A stretch of 64,000 nt of DNA from Patescibacteria group bacterium (GTDB lineage Bacteria > Patescibacteriota > Patescibacteriia > UBA11705 > DATKZF01): contig JBMORT010000006.1 of the NCBI GenBank assembly GCA_049319825.1, positions 80,012 through 144,011 of the forward strand, read 5' to 3'. Shown here piece by piece: positions 1 to 10,833 of this stretch; position 1 is the first letter of the stretch; each line of letters opens with the position of its first letter. Below the pieces are notes generated by a model. That model ran no database searches. It saw only the letters and a program-made list of their open reading frames with translations, and was not told where the DNA came from. A program made the position numbers and the translations under genes.

Positions 1-2
1 GA

Positions 3-1535
3 AAAGCATATATTTATAATGATGACCTGGGAGTCAATATTGAGCAGACGGAAGTTCCCGAAGACATGAAGACGAAAGTTGAAGAAGCGCGCAACGCTTT
101 GATTGAGGCGATTGTCGAGCATGATGAAAAACTGATGGATAAATATTTGGCCGGAGAAGAAATTCCGGTGGCTGATTTGAAAAAAACATTGCATAAAGCG
201 GTGGTGGAAAACAAGATCGTTCCGATTTTGGCCGGCAGCGCTTTAAAAAATAAAGGAGTCCAGCTGTTGCTCGATGCGGTTGTGGAATATTTGCCAAATC
301 CGCTCGAAGTGCCGCCAATCATCGGCAAGGACGCCAAAGATACGGAAAAAGACATTAATGTCACTTCATCGGACGCTGAACCTTTTGCCGCGCTGGCTTT
401 TAAAATCGCCACTGATCCGTATGTCGGCAAGCTGGCTTTCATCAGAGTTTATTCCGGAGTGCTCAAGAGCGGGTCTTATGTGCTCAATACCACCACCGGC
501 GAGAGAGAGAGAATCGGTCGATTGGTTCGAATGCACGCCAACCATCGTGAGGAAGTGGAGGAAGTTTACGCTGGAGAAATTGCGGCGGCGATCGGATTAA
601 AAAATACTTTTACCGGCCATACCTTGTGTGATGATTCTCGTCCGGTAGTTTTGGAGCAGATTACTTTCCCAGAGCCCGTAATTTCCGTGGCGATCGAACC
701 GAAAACGAAAGCCGATCAAGAAAAAATGGGTATTGCTTTACAAAAATTGGCGGAAGAAGATCCGACATTCAAAGTGCATACCGATGAAGAAACCATGCAG
801 ACCATCATCGGCGGCATGGGAGAGCTTCATTTGGAGGTTTTGGTGGAAAGAATGAGAAGAGAATTCCAAGTGGATGCCAATACCGGCAAACCGCAAGTCG
901 CTTACAAGGAAACTATTAAAAAGACGGCGGAAGCTGAAGGCAAATATGTCAGGCAATCCGGAGGCAGAGGTCAATATGGCCATTGCTGGCTTCGAGTTGA
1001 GCCGCAAGAGCGCGGTCAAGGTTTTGAATTTAAAGATGAGATCAAAGGCGGCGTCGTTCCAAGGGAATATTTGCCGGCCATTCAAAAAGGCGTTAAAGAG
1101 GCGCTCGATCGGGGAGTGTTGGCTGGATATCCGGTCATCGACGTTAAGGTTGCCTGCTATGACGGTTCCTATCATGAAGTCGATTCGTCCGAAGCCGCTT
1201 TTAAGATCGCTGGGTCAATGGCGTTGCAGGCCGCGGCCAAAAAAGCGGATTTGGTTTTGCTGGAACCGATCATGAAAGTCGAGGTGGTAACTCCGGAACA
1301 ATTCATGGGCGACGTGGTGGGAGATTTAAATTCCAAGAGAGCCCAAATCAACGAAATGAAAGATCGTGGTAATACCAAGGTGATCGATGCTCAGGTGCCG
1401 CTATCGGAGATGTTTGGTTATGCCACTCAGCTGAGGTCCATCACGCAGGGTCGGGCCAGCTACTCGATGGAATTCTTGAAATACGCCGATGTGCCCAATA
1501 ATGTTTTAGCCAAAATCATTGGCGAGAAAAAATAA
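3..1535 (+). CDS. fusA: Elongation factor G (5'-truncated by window edge)
   Basis: Frame open from base 3. EF-G motifs [61 protein letters not shown]. Confidence 0.99.
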   Translation, partial: KAYIYNDDLGVNIEQTEVPEDMKTKVEEARNALIEAIVEHDEKLMDKYLAGEEIPVADLKKTLHKAVVENKIVPILAGSALKNKGVQLLLDAVVEYLPNPLEVPPIIGKDAKDTEKDINVTSSDAEPFAALAFKIATDPYVGKLAFIRVYSGVLKSGSYVLNTTTGERERIGRLVRMHANHREEVEEVYAGEIAAAIGLKNTFTGHTLCDDSRPVVLEQITFPEPVISVAIEPKTKADQEKMGIALQKLAEEDPTFKVHTDEETMQTIIGGMGELHLEVLVERMRREFQVDANTGKPQVAYKETIKKTAEAEGKYVRQSGGRGQYGHCWLRVEPQERGQGFEFKDEIKGGVVPREYLPAIQKGVKEALDRGVLAGYPVIDVKVACYDGSYHEVDSSEAAFKIAGSMALQAAAKKADLVLLEPIMKVEVVTPEQFMGDVVGDLNSKRAQINEMKDRGNTKVIDAQVPLSEMFGYATQLRSITQGRASYSMEFLKYADVPNNVLAKIIGEKK

Positions 1536-1542
1536 TAATGAT

Positions 1543-1857
1543 ATGTCTGATAAATTCGAGAAAATACTAAAATTAATTGGACAGACGCACGACAAATGTA
1601 TTTTCTTTGATGATCGCACTGAGAATTGTTTTGTGATCATGCCCATAGACGAGTATGAAAAAATGTCTCTGGAGAAACAAAGTGATGTTTCGGATTTGAC
1701 ACAGGGAGAATTATTAGATAAAATTAATCAGGATATTGCAATTTGGAAAGAAAGTCGGATGGAAAATGATTTCGATTGGACGGGTGAAGATAAAGAAGAA
1801 TTTAGTGACAGCTCACAGGAAAACGATGAGCGATATTATCTCGAACCGGTCGAATAG
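1543..1857 (+). CDS. Small acidic hypothetical protein between fusA and tuf, with a weak Phd/YefM-like N-terminus
   Basis: ATG at 1543 just after the fusA stop; fills the gap. Pattern DKCIFFD..FVIMPIDEYEKM; acidic tail ending RYYLEPVE. Confidence 0.75.
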   Translation: MSDKFEKILKLIGQTHDKCIFFDDRTENCFVIMPIDEYEKMSLEKQSDVSDLTQGELLDKINQDIAIWKESRMENDFDWTGEDKEEFSDSSQENDERYYLEPVE

Positions 1858-1864
1858 CAAAAAC

Positions 1865-1893
1865 TTGCAATATTTTATTTTTTAAGGTATAAT
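1865..1893 (+). promoter_or_regulatory. Sigma70-type promoter for tuf/S10 operon
   Basis: TTGCAA-17 nt-TATAAT, followed by a hairpin leader (AGCAGC..GCTGCT, ~1930-1966) and AAGGAG RBS. Confidence 0.7.
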
Positions 1894-1983
1894 TTCAATA
1901 ATTTATTAATTTAAGTAAATTAAGCCAAAGCAGCTGGATTACAAAACCTATTTTCTAGGTGCTGCTCAAAGGAGATAAACAAC

Positions 1984-3174
1984 ATGGCAGAAACATTTGA
2001 TAGATCAAAACCACACGTCAATGTGGGCACTATCGGTCACGTCGACCACGGTAAAACTACTTTAACAGCGGCTATTTTAAAAGTATTGGCCGCTCGAGGA
2101 CTTGGCGCTCAGGAAATGAGCGTTGATGAAATCGATAAAGCGCCGGAAGAGAAAGAAAGGGGCATTACCATTTCCACCTCTCACGTCGAATATGAAACGG
2201 AAAAGAGGCACTATGCTCACGTCGACTGCCCGGGACATGCGGACTATGTTAAAAACATGATTACGGGCGCGGCTCAAATGGACGGAGCGATTTTGGTCGT
2301 TTCGGCCACTGATGGCCCGATGCCTCAGACTCGAGAGCACATTTTGCTGGCCAGACAGGTTGGCGTGCCTTACATTGTCGTCTTTTTGAACAAAGTTGAC
2401 ATGGTTCAAGAAAAGGAATTAATCGATTTGGTTGAGGAAGAAGTCAGAGATTTATTGAAAAAATATGAATTTCCAGGCGATGAGACTCCGATCATCCGCG
2501 GGTCAGCGTTAAAAGCGCTCGAGAATCCGGCAGATGAGGAAGCTTCCAAGCCGATCATGGAATTATTGAATGCTTTGGATACATACGTTCCGGTTCCTCA
2601 AAGAGATGTCGATAAACCGTTTTTGATGCCGATCGAAGATATTTTTACCATTGAAGGACGAGGCACGGTAGTGACCGGCAGAATCGAACGAGGCATGGTG
2701 AAAGTCAATGATGAAGTGGAAATTATCGGCTTAAAAGATACTCAAAAAACAGTTGTCACCGGCGTGGAAATGTTTAAGAAAACATTAAACGAGGGTCAGG
2801 CCGGCGATAATGCGGGTATCTTACTTCGAGGCTTAAAAAAGGAAGATGTGGAAAGAGGCCAAGTATTGGCCAAGCCGGGCAGTGTTACTCCTCATACCGA
2901 ATTTTCCGCGGAAGTGTATGTTTTGACCAAAGATGAAGGTGGACGACACAAACCGTTTTTTAAAGGTTATAAACCACAGTTTTATATCAGAACCACGGAT
3001 GTGACCGGAGAAGTGACTTTACCGGAAGGAACCGAAATGGTAATGCCGGGCGACACCGTCACTTTCCAGGTTAAATTGATTGTACCGGTTGCCCTTGAAG
3101 AGCAGCAGCGATTGGCCATTCGAGAAGGCGGCAAAACTATTGGCGCCGGAGTGGTAACGAAAATCATAAAGTAA
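1984..3174 (+). CDS. tuf: Elongation factor Tu
   Basis: [38 protein letters not shown] motifs. Confidence 0.99.
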   Translation: MAETFDRSKPHVNVGTIGHVDHGKTTLTAAILKVLAARGLGAQEMSVDEIDKAPEEKERGITISTSHVEYETEKRHYAHVDCPGHADYVKNMITGAAQMDGAILVVSATDGPMPQTREHILLARQVGVPYIVVFLNKVDMVQEKELIDLVEEEVRDLLKKYEFPGDETPIIRGSALKALENPADEEASKPIMELLNALDTYVPVPQRDVDKPFLMPIEDIFTIEGRGTVVTGRIERGMVKVNDEVEIIGLKDTQKTVVTGVEMFKKTLNEGQAGDNAGILLRGLKKEDVERGQVLAKPGSVTPHTEFSAEVYVLTKDEGGRHKPFFKGYKPQFYIRTTDVTGEVTLPEGTEMVMPGDTVTFQVKLIVPVALEEQQRLAIREGGKTIGAGVVTKIIK

Positions 3175-3178
3175 GATT

Positions 3179-3517
3179 ATGGTAGAAAAGAAAGACAAAG
3201 ATACAAAAGGGGGCGTCCAAAAGATTCGCATCAAGATAAAAGCGTACGATCATAAAATTATCGATCAATCCACTAAAACTATAATCGAAGCTGGCGAGCG
3301 GACAGGGGCTGCTATTCGCGGTCCTGTCCCGCTGCCGGTCGAAAAGAAAAAGTATACGGTTAACCGATCGACATTCGTTCATAAAAACGCTCGAGATCAG
3401 TATGAGATGAGAGTTCATAAAAGATTGATTGATATTTTAAGTCCCACGCCACAAACGATTGATGCTCTGATGAGTTTGAATTTGCCCGCGGGCGTGGATG
3501 TCGAGATCAAAATGTAA
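3179..3517 (+). CDS. rpsJ: 30S ribosomal protein S10
   Basis: [24 protein letters not shown]. Confidence 0.99.
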   Translation: MVEKKDKDTKGGVQKIRIKIKAYDHKIIDQSTKTIIEAGERTGAAIRGPVPLPVEKKKYTVNRSTFVHKNARDQYEMRVHKRLIDILSPTPQTIDALMSLNLPAGVDVEIKM

Positions 3518-3677
3518 ATTCGCCTTTCCCTAAAGGTAACCGCCTGTTGGCGAAGTGTCTTATGGGAATGATGAATTTTACGGGAGAATTAAAAATTGAT
3601 TTAATTTCAAAAATAATTATAGCTAAAAGTCAGTACTGAAAAACCGGACCTTTAGTTCGGTTGTTTTATTCCCAAAT

Positions 3678-4442
3678 ATGAAATTTATTCTAGGACAAAA
3701 AAAGGAAATGACTCAGATTTACGATGATAGCGGAAACCTGGTGCCGGTAACCAAATTAGCTGCCGGTCCTTGCTTTGTGTCCCAGATAAAAACCATTGAA
3801 AAAGATGGTTATCAGGCGGTTCAAGTAGCTTTTTTGCCAAAGAAAAAGGGAACCAACAGCCAAAAAGGCCATTTTAAAAATATCGAAGGAGATTTTTATC
3901 AATTTGTCAGAGAATTTCGGGTGCCGGAAAAATCCGAACTGGAAAAAATGACACTTGGCCAAAAGATAACCGCCATTGAATTCGATAAGGGAGAAATCGT
4001 TAACGTAGCGGGGGTTTCTAAAGGAAAAGGATTTCAAGGCGTGGTAAAAAGACACGGTTTTGGTGGATCATTAGCTACTCACGGCCATAAAGATCAAAAA
4101 AGAATGCCCGGCTCGATCGCCGCTGGCGGTCCGGCGCGAGTTTTTAAAGGTACGCGGATGGGGGGGAGAACGGGAATGGATAATGTTACTGTAAAAAACG
4201 CTCAAGTTGTTGATATCGATGAAGCCAACGGTTATATTTATGTTAAAGGGGCTTTGCCGGGCGCTCGAAACGGTTTGATTATAATCACCAATAATTCGGA
4301 ATTTAAGGTATTAACAGAGGAAAAGTCAGCTCCCGCGGCCAAAGCAGAAAAATCAGAACCAGAAAAAGTTGAGGCCACGGCCGAGCCTAAAGTCGGAGCG
4401 CAAGCTGAAGCTAACAAACAGGCGGCCGAAGACAAAAAATAA
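3678..4442 (+). CDS. rplC: 50S ribosomal protein L3 (C-terminal Ala/Glu/Lys extension)
   Basis: SKGKGFQGVVKRHGF, RMPGSI, VFKGTRMGG; synteny. Confidence 0.99.
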   Translation: MKFILGQKKEMTQIYDDSGNLVPVTKLAAGPCFVSQIKTIEKDGYQAVQVAFLPKKKGTNSQKGHFKNIEGDFYQFVREFRVPEKSELEKMTLGQKITAIEFDKGEIVNVAGVSKGKGFQGVVKRHGFGGSLATHGHKDQKRMPGSIAAGGPARVFKGTRMGGRTGMDNVTVKNAQVVDIDEANGYIYVKGALPGARNGLIIITNNSEFKVLTEEKSAPAAKAEKSEPEKVEATAEPKVGAQAEANKQAAEDKK

Positions 4443-4445
4443 TGT

Positions 4446-5147
4446 ATGTTAAAAGGAAAAGTATACAATCAAAGTGGTAAGGAGTTGCGGACCATTGACC
4501 TGCCGGAATTTATATTTGGAGTGGAGACGAATATCGCCGTAATTCATCAGGCGGTCGCAGCGCAACTCGGCAACAGTCGACAGGTTTTAGCTCACGCCAA
4601 AACTCGAGCCGAAGTCCGAGGCGGCGGTCGCAAGCCATGGCGCCAGAAAGGCACGGGTCGCGCCAGACATGGTTCGACCAGATCCCCGATCTGGATCGGC
4701 GGCGGTATTACTTTCGGTCCGACTAAGGAAAGAAATTTTTCTAAAAGGATCAATAAGAAAATGCGCCGAAAAGCGATTTTTATGGTATTATCCGATCGCT
4801 TGGCCGCTGGTGATCTGAAATTTGTCGATAAAATTGATTTTCCTCAAATAAAAACGAAAAAAGCGGCGGATTTATTGAATGATTTGAGAATCAATAAGGC
4901 TTTATTCATTATAGATGAACATAACCGAAATTTTATCAAGTCATGCGCTAATTTGCCGAAAGCGGCAGTGATTGACGCTGATAGTTTAAATGTTATTGAT
5001 TTGTTAAATCATAAAGACGTTATCATGACGGAAAATTCGGTTGATAAAATTGTGAGCACTTATAAAATGTCTTCAAAAGATGACCAGCCAAAGGCAAGCG
5101 AAAAGGCGGAACCGAAAGTCAAGAAGACTGTTAAAAGCAAAAAGTAA
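4446..5147 (+). CDS. rplD: 50S ribosomal protein L4
   Basis: [26 protein letters not shown]. Confidence 0.99.
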   Translation: MLKGKVYNQSGKELRTIDLPEFIFGVETNIAVIHQAVAAQLGNSRQVLAHAKTRAEVRGGGRKPWRQKGTGRARHGSTRSPIWIGGGITFGPTKERNFSKRINKKMRRKAIFMVLSDRLAAGDLKFVDKIDFPQIKTKKAADLLNDLRINKALFIIDEHNRNFIKSCANLPKAAVIDADSLNVIDLLNHKDVIMTENSVDKIVSTYKMSSKDDQPKASEKAEPKVKKTVKSKK

Positions 5148-5150
5148 GAT

Positions 5151-5552
5151 ATGGCCAGTCTATTAAAAAAATTAAAAGGTTCAAAGAAAGAGAGCGGTCA
5201 GCGGGCTGAATCCAAGCCGGCTATGGTAGAAAAAAAAGATGTTAAGAAAGCATTAAAGAAAAAGGACAGTACCGCCTATAAAATAGTTTTTAAACCATTG
5301 ATTACGGAAAAAGCTACGGATTTAGGATATGCGCATCAATATTCATTTATTGTTTCCAAATATGCCAGCAAAGCGCAGATTGCCGATACGGTAAGAAATA
5401 TCTATGGCGTGAGGCCGGTAAAAGTTAGAACGATTAATTTTTCCGGCAAAAACGTTCGCTATGGTCGTTTCGCGGGCAAACGGCGCGCTTGGAAAAAAGC
5501 GATCATTTCGCTGCGCCCGGAAGATAAAATCGAAGTTTACGAAGGAGTTTAA
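5151..5552 (+). CDS. rplW: 50S ribosomal protein L23 (N-terminal extension)
   Basis: PLITEKA, WKKAIISL; synteny. Confidence 0.97.
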   Translation: MASLLKKLKGSKKESGQRAESKPAMVEKKDVKKALKKKDSTAYKIVFKPLITEKATDLGYAHQYSFIVSKYASKAQIADTVRNIYGVRPVKVRTINFSGKNVRYGRFAGKRRAWKKAIISLRPEDKIEVYEGV

Positions 5553-5557
5553 TAACT

Positions 5558-6400
5558 ATGGGAATAAGAAGAGTAAAACCAACAACCCCGGGTCGACGTC
5601 AGTTTTCAATTGACGATTTTTCCGATATCACCAAAGCGCATCCGGAAAAGACTTTAATTGCCATTAAGAAAAGTAAAGCCGGGCGGGGCATGTACGGTAA
5701 TATCACCGTCCGTCATCAAGGCGGCGGCGCTAAAAATTATTATCGTTTGATTGATTTTAAAAGAGACAAATTCGATATTCCCGGCAAAGTCGTGGCGATC
5801 GAATACGATCCCAATCGAAACGCCAGAATCGCTTTGGTTCATTACCCTGATGGCGATAAACGCTATGTCATCGCCCCGAAAGAGATGAAGGTTTCAGATC
5901 AAATTATTTCATCCAAATCAATGGTTGAGGTTCGATCGGGAAACGCTACTCTATTAAAGAATATTCCGATTGGCATGCCGGTGTTCAATATCGAGCTGAC
6001 GCCCGGCCGCGGCGGCGCCATGGTTCGTTCTGCTGGGCAGAGCGCCAAATTGATGGCGGTTGAAGGCGAGTACGCTCATCTTCGATTGCCTTCTGGAGAG
6101 GTCCGGCTGGTTCCGGACATCTGCATGGCCACGATTGGCGAGGTCAGCAACGCCGATTTTATGCATAAAAAAATCGGTAAGGCCGGAAGAGTTAGACATA
6201 TGGGAATAAAACCCACGGTCAGAGGAAAAGTTATGAATCCGGTTGATCATCCTCATGGCGGTGGTGAAGGATCAAATCCGATTGGCTTGAAGCATCCAAA
6301 GACCCCATGGGGTAAGCCGGCATTGGGAGTGAAAACAAGAAAGTTAAAAAAATATTCTGATAAATTAATCATAACTCGCAGAAAGAAGAAGAGACGTTAA
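5558..6400 (+). CDS. rplB: 50S ribosomal protein L2
   Basis: IEYDPNRNARIAL, MNPVDHPHGGGEG. Confidence 0.99.
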   Translation: MGIRRVKPTTPGRRQFSIDDFSDITKAHPEKTLIAIKKSKAGRGMYGNITVRHQGGGAKNYYRLIDFKRDKFDIPGKVVAIEYDPNRNARIALVHYPDGDKRYVIAPKEMKVSDQIISSKSMVEVRSGNATLLKNIPIGMPVFNIELTPGRGGAMVRSAGQSAKLMAVEGEYAHLRLPSGEVRLVPDICMATIGEVSNADFMHKKIGKAGRVRHMGIKPTVRGKVMNPVDHPHGGGEGSNPIGLKHPKTPWGKPALGVKTRKLKKYSDKLIITRRKKKRR

Positions 6401-6406
6401 AAAAAT

Positions 6407-6700
6407 ATGGCCAGAAGTCTGAAAAAAGGACCTTATATCGATGAAAAGCTCATGAAGAAAATTTCCAAGCTGAAGCCGACCGATAAAACGGTCATCAAAA
6501 CATGGGCTCGATATGCGACCATCACGCCGGAAATGGTTGGTTTTACTTTTGGCGTCCATAACGGCAAAGATCATATAGAGGTATTGGTCGAGGAGAATAT
6601 GGTCGGTCATAAGCTGGGCGAGTTCGCATTTTCGAAAAAGTTTAACAGACACGGCGGCCGGATGCAAAAAGAAATAGAAAAAGGCCAAGAAAGTAAATAA
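6407..6700 (+). CDS. rpsS: 30S ribosomal protein S19
   Basis: [17 protein letters not shown]. Confidence 0.99.
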   Translation: MARSLKKGPYIDEKLMKKISKLKPTDKTVIKTWARYATITPEMVGFTFGVHNGKDHIEVLVEENMVGHKLGEFAFSKKFNRHGGRMQKEIEKGQESK

Positions 6701-6716
6701 ATTTTGTTAAATATTT

Positions 6717-7310
6717 ATGGAAGTCAGAGCAATAGCCAAACACATAAGAATCGCCCCGAGAAAGATCAGGCAAGTAGCCGACCTGATTCGAGGTTTAGAT
6801 ATCTCCAAGGCATACTCTCAGCTGGGCATCATTAATAAAGCGGCGGTGCGTCCGATTAGAAAACTGCTTGATTCTGCGTTGGCGAACGCTCATCACAATT
6901 TTGAAATTGAACCGGATAATTTATATATTAAACAGATTTTTGTTGACGAAGGCACACCGTATAAGCGCTGGACGCCAAAAGCGCACGGACGAGCCACACA
7001 GATTTTAAAGAGAACCAGCCATATCTCGGTAATTTTGGAAGAAAAGGTCCCTGGCGCCGGGAAAAAGGAAAGAAAATCTAAAAAGGTTGATAAATTGTCT
7101 CGAATGAATCCGGATCAGGTTAAAGGCGGCGTTGCCAATCCTTCGGTCAGTCAAAAAGTTCCATCGCCAAAGCAATCGGAAGAGTCGAAGGAGATATTTG
7201 ATGTCCGCGGTCGAGGTAAGCACCGAGAAGGATTAAGATTCGATAAAAAAGGCGGATTGAAGCAAAAAGGATTTTTAAAGAAAATATTTAACAGGAAATC
7301 AAGCACGTAA
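6717..7310 (+). CDS. rplV: 50S ribosomal protein L22 with ~85-aa C-terminal extension
   Basis: RIAPRKIRQVADLIRG, SALANA, KRTSHISVIL, then a long basic tail. Confidence 0.97.
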   Translation: MEVRAIAKHIRIAPRKIRQVADLIRGLDISKAYSQLGIINKAAVRPIRKLLDSALANAHHNFEIEPDNLYIKQIFVDEGTPYKRWTPKAHGRATQILKRTSHISVILEEKVPGAGKKERKSKKVDKLSRMNPDQVKGGVANPSVSQKVPSPKQSEESKEIFDVRGRGKHREGLRFDKKGGLKQKGFLKKIFNRKSST

Positions 7311-7311
7311 T

Positions 7312-7983
7312 ATGGGTAAAAAGATAAATCCAATCATTCACCGAATAAAGGGTGTCAGAAGCTGGAGCTCCCGTTGGTTTGCCAAGCCCGCGGATTACCG
7401 TAAATTTTTAAAGCAAGACACTCAAGTGAAAAAATATTTGAAGAAAAAATTAAAGGATGCGTTTTTGGCGGAAATTGAAATTGAGCGATCGTCCAAAGAG
7501 ATAAACATTTTTCTGTATTCAGCCAGACCGGGAGTGATTATCGGCAAAGGCGGCATGGGCATTGACGAGTTGAAAAAAGAGATTACTGGCCGTTTCTTTG
7601 AAAAAACCGACAAAGTCAATATCAACATCAAAGAAGTGACTCAGCCCAATCTTAACGCTAGCTTGATCGCTCAGGGTATTGTGGCCGATATCGAACGTCG
7701 CGTGCCTTTCCGCCGGGCAATGAAGCAGGCGATCGCCAAAGTGGAGCGCGCCGGAGCTAAGGGCATTAAGGTTGTCGTTTCCGGAAGGCTAAACGGCGCG
7801 GAAATCGCGCGAACGGAAAAGTTGGTTTCTGGCAGCTTGCCGCTGCAAACAATCAGAGCCGATATTGATTACGCGTTGGAAGAAGCCCAAACCACTTATG
7901 GAGTGATCGGCGTCAAGGTTTGGATTTTTAAAGGAGAAAAGTTTGATCGAGATAATAAGACAAGTGAATCAAAGTCTAAATAA
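7312..7983 (+). CDS. rpsC: 30S ribosomal protein S3
   Basis: [10 protein letters not shown] (KH), [24 protein letters not shown]. Confidence 0.99.
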   Translation: MGKKINPIIHRIKGVRSWSSRWFAKPADYRKFLKQDTQVKKYLKKKLKDAFLAEIEIERSSKEINIFLYSARPGVIIGKGGMGIDELKKEITGRFFEKTDKVNINIKEVTQPNLNASLIAQGIVADIERRVPFRRAMKQAIAKVERAGAKGIKVVVSGRLNGAEIARTEKLVSGSLPLQTIRADIDYALEEAQTTYGVIGVKVWIFKGEKFDRDNKTSESKSK

Positions 7984-7988
7984 TTAAT

Positions 7989-8405
7989 ATGCTGCTACCT
8001 AAAAAAGTAAAACATCGAAAATGGCATAAGGGACGAGGTCGAAACAGAGAGTTAAAGGCGAACCGTTTGACCGAAGTTTCTTTTGGCGATTATGGATTAA
8101 AGGCAACTTCAGCGGCCTGGATAGATTCACGGCAGATTGAAGCGGCCCGAAGAGCGATTACCCATCACATTAAAAGAGGTGGCAAAATTTGGATTCGCAT
8201 ATTTCCCGATAAACCGATAACTGCCAAAGGATCGCAATCGACCATGGGCGGCGGCAAGGGCGCTCCGGAAAAATTCGTCACTATCGTGAAACCAGGAGCG
8301 GTGCTTTTTGAGCTTTCCGGCATCGCCAAAGAAATTGCCCAGGAAGCGCTCAGATTAGCCGCGCATAAATTGCCGGTAACCACTAAATTTGTCATTAAAA
8401 AGTAA
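7989..8405 (+). CDS. rplP: 50S ribosomal protein L16
   Basis: [24 protein letters not shown]. Confidence 0.99.
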   Translation: MLLPKKVKHRKWHKGRGRNRELKANRLTEVSFGDYGLKATSAAWIDSRQIEAARRAITHHIKRGGKIWIRIFPDKPITAKGSQSTMGGGKGAPEKFVTIVKPGAVLFELSGIAKEIAQEALRLAAHKLPVTTKFVIKK

Positions 8406-8415
8406 TAGTTTTGAT

Positions 8416-8628
8416 ATGAAGTTAATAGAATTAAGAGCCAAATCAGACGATGAATTAAAGGAATTGTATAATGACCTGGCAGAAACTCGACGTGAGTTGT
8501 CATTTAGATTGGCCAATAACCAGTTAAAGAATGTCAGAGAATTCAGAAAAGTTAAACAAACCATGGCTCAGATTCTAACTCTGATGACAGAGCGAAAGCA
8601 ATCGATCGTCGAGAAAAATAACAAATAA
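8416..8628 (+). CDS. rpmC: 50S ribosomal protein L29
   Basis: MKLIELR..EL, QLKNVR; between rplP and rpsQ; ATG at 8416. Confidence 0.95.
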   Translation: MKLIELRAKSDDELKELYNDLAETRRELSFRLANNQLKNVREFRKVKQTMAQILTLMTERKQSIVEKNNK

Positions 8629-8631
8629 TTT

Positions 8632-8883
8632 ATGGATAAGCAGGGAAAATTAATTCGAAAATTCACCGGTAAGGTGATTAGCAATAAAATGGCCAAGACC
8701 GTTACTGTTTTGGTGGTAAGGTCAAAGATGCATCCGCGTTATCATAAGCTTTTTAAGGTGAGCAATAAATACAAAGCCCATGATGAAAAGAATGAATGTC
8801 AGATCGGGGACCTGGTGATTATCGAACAGTGCCGGCCGATAAGCAAAGATAAAAAATGGCGAGTGGTAAAAATAGTGAAATAA
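8632..8883 (+). CDS. rpsQ: 30S ribosomal protein S17
   Basis: GKVISNKMAKTVTV, KYKAHDE, CRPISKDKKW. Confidence 0.99.
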   Translation: MDKQGKLIRKFTGKVISNKMAKTVTVLVVRSKMHPRYHKLFKVSNKYKAHDEKNECQIGDLVIIEQCRPISKDKKWRVVKIVK

Positions 8884-8904
8884 CTCCTAGCGTTTTAATT
8901 ATAT

Positions 8905-9276
8905 ATGATTCAACACAGAACAATGTTAACTTCAGCCGATAATACTGGTGCCAAAAAGCTTCAGTGTATTAAAGTCCGCGGTGGATATAAAAAAAGATAC
9001 GCTAGGCTGGGGGATATTATCGCCGTTTCCGTTAAAGAAGCAAAGCCGCATTCCTCGGTTAAAAAGGGGGAAGTGCTGCACGCGGTGGTTGTCAGAACCA
9101 GAAAAGAAACGCGCCGACCCGATGGCTCTTATATACGATTTGACGATAACGCGGTGATAATTATTGATAAGGACAGCAAAGAGCCAAAAGGCTCTCGTGT
9201 CTTTGGTCCAGTGGCCAGAGAACTGCGAAAGCAGGGTTTTGCCAAAATAGTATCGTTGGCTCCGGAAGTGTTATAA
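8905..9276 (+). CDS. rplN: 50S ribosomal protein L14
   Basis: [31 protein letters not shown]. Confidence 0.99.
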   Translation: MIQHRTMLTSADNTGAKKLQCIKVRGGYKKRYARLGDIIAVSVKEAKPHSSVKKGEVLHAVVVRTRKETRRPDGSYIRFDDNAVIIIDKDSKEPKGSRVFGPVARELRKQGFAKIVSLAPEVL

Positions 9277-9298
9277 TTTTGCGAATAAATTGTAAAAT

Positions 9299-9664
9299 AT
9301 GAAACCTAATATTAAAAAAGGCGACAAAGTGCAGATCATCGCCGGCAAAGACAGAGTGAAGAAGACAAAGAAAGGCGAAAAGACTTACAAAGCGAATCAA
9401 GGCAAGGTTTTGCAGGTTTTGCCGTCTCGGGGTAAAGTCGTGGTCGAAGGCCTGAATATTAGAATTAAGCATGTCAAACCGAAGAGAGCCGGTGAAAAGG
9501 GACAAAAAATCGAAGTGCCGGCGCCAATTCAAATATCAAACGTAATGTTGCTTTGTCCGCGTTGCAGCAAATTAACGCGCGTTGGTTATAAGGTTTCTAA
9601 AAATGAAAAAGGCAAAGTAAAAAAAGTTCGATACTGTAAAAAATGTAAAGAATCCATTGATTAA
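9299..9664 (+). CDS. rplX: 50S ribosomal protein L24 (basic insertion in KOW region)
   Basis: IKKGDKVQIIAGKD, VVVEGLN, PIQISNV. Confidence 0.97.
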   Translation: MKPNIKKGDKVQIIAGKDRVKKTKKGEKTYKANQGKVLQVLPSRGKVVVEGLNIRIKHVKPKRAGEKGQKIEVPAPIQISNVMLLCPRCSKLTRVGYKVSKNEKGKVKKVRYCKKCKESID

Positions 9665-9669
9665 TTTGT

Positions 9670-10221
9670 ATGAAAAGACTTTTTGAACAATATAAAGAAA
9701 AAGTAATACCTGCGCTTAAAGAAAAATTCGGTTATAAAAATGAAATGCAGGTTCCCAAATTGGCTAAAGTATCCATTAATGTTGGCATTGGCCGGGGATT
9801 AAAGGATAATGATTATTTGGAATCCGTGAAGAAATCGCTTCAGCGAATTACGGGCCAGCAGCCGGTGGAAACAAAAGCGAAAACATCCATTTCCAATTTT
9901 AAAATCAGGGAAGGCATGGTGGTGGGCGTTCGGGTAACTTTACGAGGTTGGCGCATGTATGATTTTATTGAAAAATTGGTTAATATCACTTTGCCGAGAG
10001 TACGCGATTTCCGCGGGCTTGATCCGGATAATTTCGATGGGCATGGTAATTACTCGATCGGATTTAAGGAGCATATTGCCTTTCCGGAAATCAGATCCGA
10101 TGAATTGGAAAATATTCACGGCCTGGAAGTCAATATCACCACTACCGCTGATACGGATGAAGAAGGTTACGAGTTATTGAAGTTAATGGGCTTCCCATTT
10201 AAAGAAAAAGATAATAAATAA
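9670..10221 (+). CDS. rplE: 50S ribosomal protein L5
   Basis: [31 protein letters not shown]. Confidence 0.99.
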   Translation: MKRLFEQYKEKVIPALKEKFGYKNEMQVPKLAKVSINVGIGRGLKDNDYLESVKKSLQRITGQQPVETKAKTSISNFKIREGMVVGVRVTLRGWRMYDFIEKLVNITLPRVRDFRGLDPDNFDGHGNYSIGFKEHIAFPEIRSDELENIHGLEVNITTTADTDEEGYELLKLMGFPFKEKDNK

Positions 10222-10226
10222 TATAT

Positions 10227-10412
10227 ATGGCAACCAAAGCACAAGTTAATAAATCGAACAGAAAACCTAAATATTCTACACGCGTGGTCAGACGATGTTG
10301 GCGTTGCGGCCGGCCGAAAGGCTACATGCGAGATTTTGATTTGTGCCGAATTTGTTTTAGAGAATTAGCGGAAAAAGGCGAGCTGCCTGGAATCACCAGA
10401 AGCAGCTGGTAA
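10227..10412 (+). CDS. rpsZ: 30S ribosomal protein S14, type Z (Zn-binding)
   Basis: 61 aa; [24 protein letters not shown]. Confidence 0.98.
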   Translation: MATKAQVNKSNRKPKYSTRVVRRCWRCGRPKGYMRDFDLCRICFRELAEKGELPGITRSSW

Positions 10413-10442
10413 GAATTTATCAGAAAATAATTTACATAATTT

Positions 10443-10832
10443 ATGCTTACAGATACAATAGCAGACATGTTAACCAGAATTAGAAACGCTTCGGCGGTTA
10501 AGAAAGCTGAGGTCACTATGCCTTATTCCAAGCTTAAGTTTGCTATCGCCCAGATTTTGAAGCAAGAAGGATACATTAAGGATGTCCAGAAAAAAGAAGA
10601 AAAATTCGGAGAAATATCTATCGCGCTCAAATATACGAATGGTCAACCGGCCATTAGAAATATTAAAAGAGTATCGAAAACCGGAAGACGGATTTATGTG
10701 GGCAAAGACCATATGCCTCGGGTGCTTAACAATTTGGGCATCGCCATTGTGTCTACTTCAAAAGGTATAATGACGAATAAACAAGCCCGAAAAGCAGGCG
10801 TGGGTGGAGAAGTAATTTGTGAAATATACTAA
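10443..10832 (+). CDS. rpsH: 30S ribosomal protein S8
   Basis: [27 protein letters not shown]. Confidence 0.99.
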   Translation: MLTDTIADMLTRIRNASAVKKAEVTMPYSKLKFAIAQILKQEGYIKDVQKKEEKFGEISIALKYTNGQPAIRNIKRVSKTGRRIYVGKDHMPRVLNNLGIAIVSTSKGIMTNKQARKAGVGGEVICEIY

Positions 10833-10833
10833 T

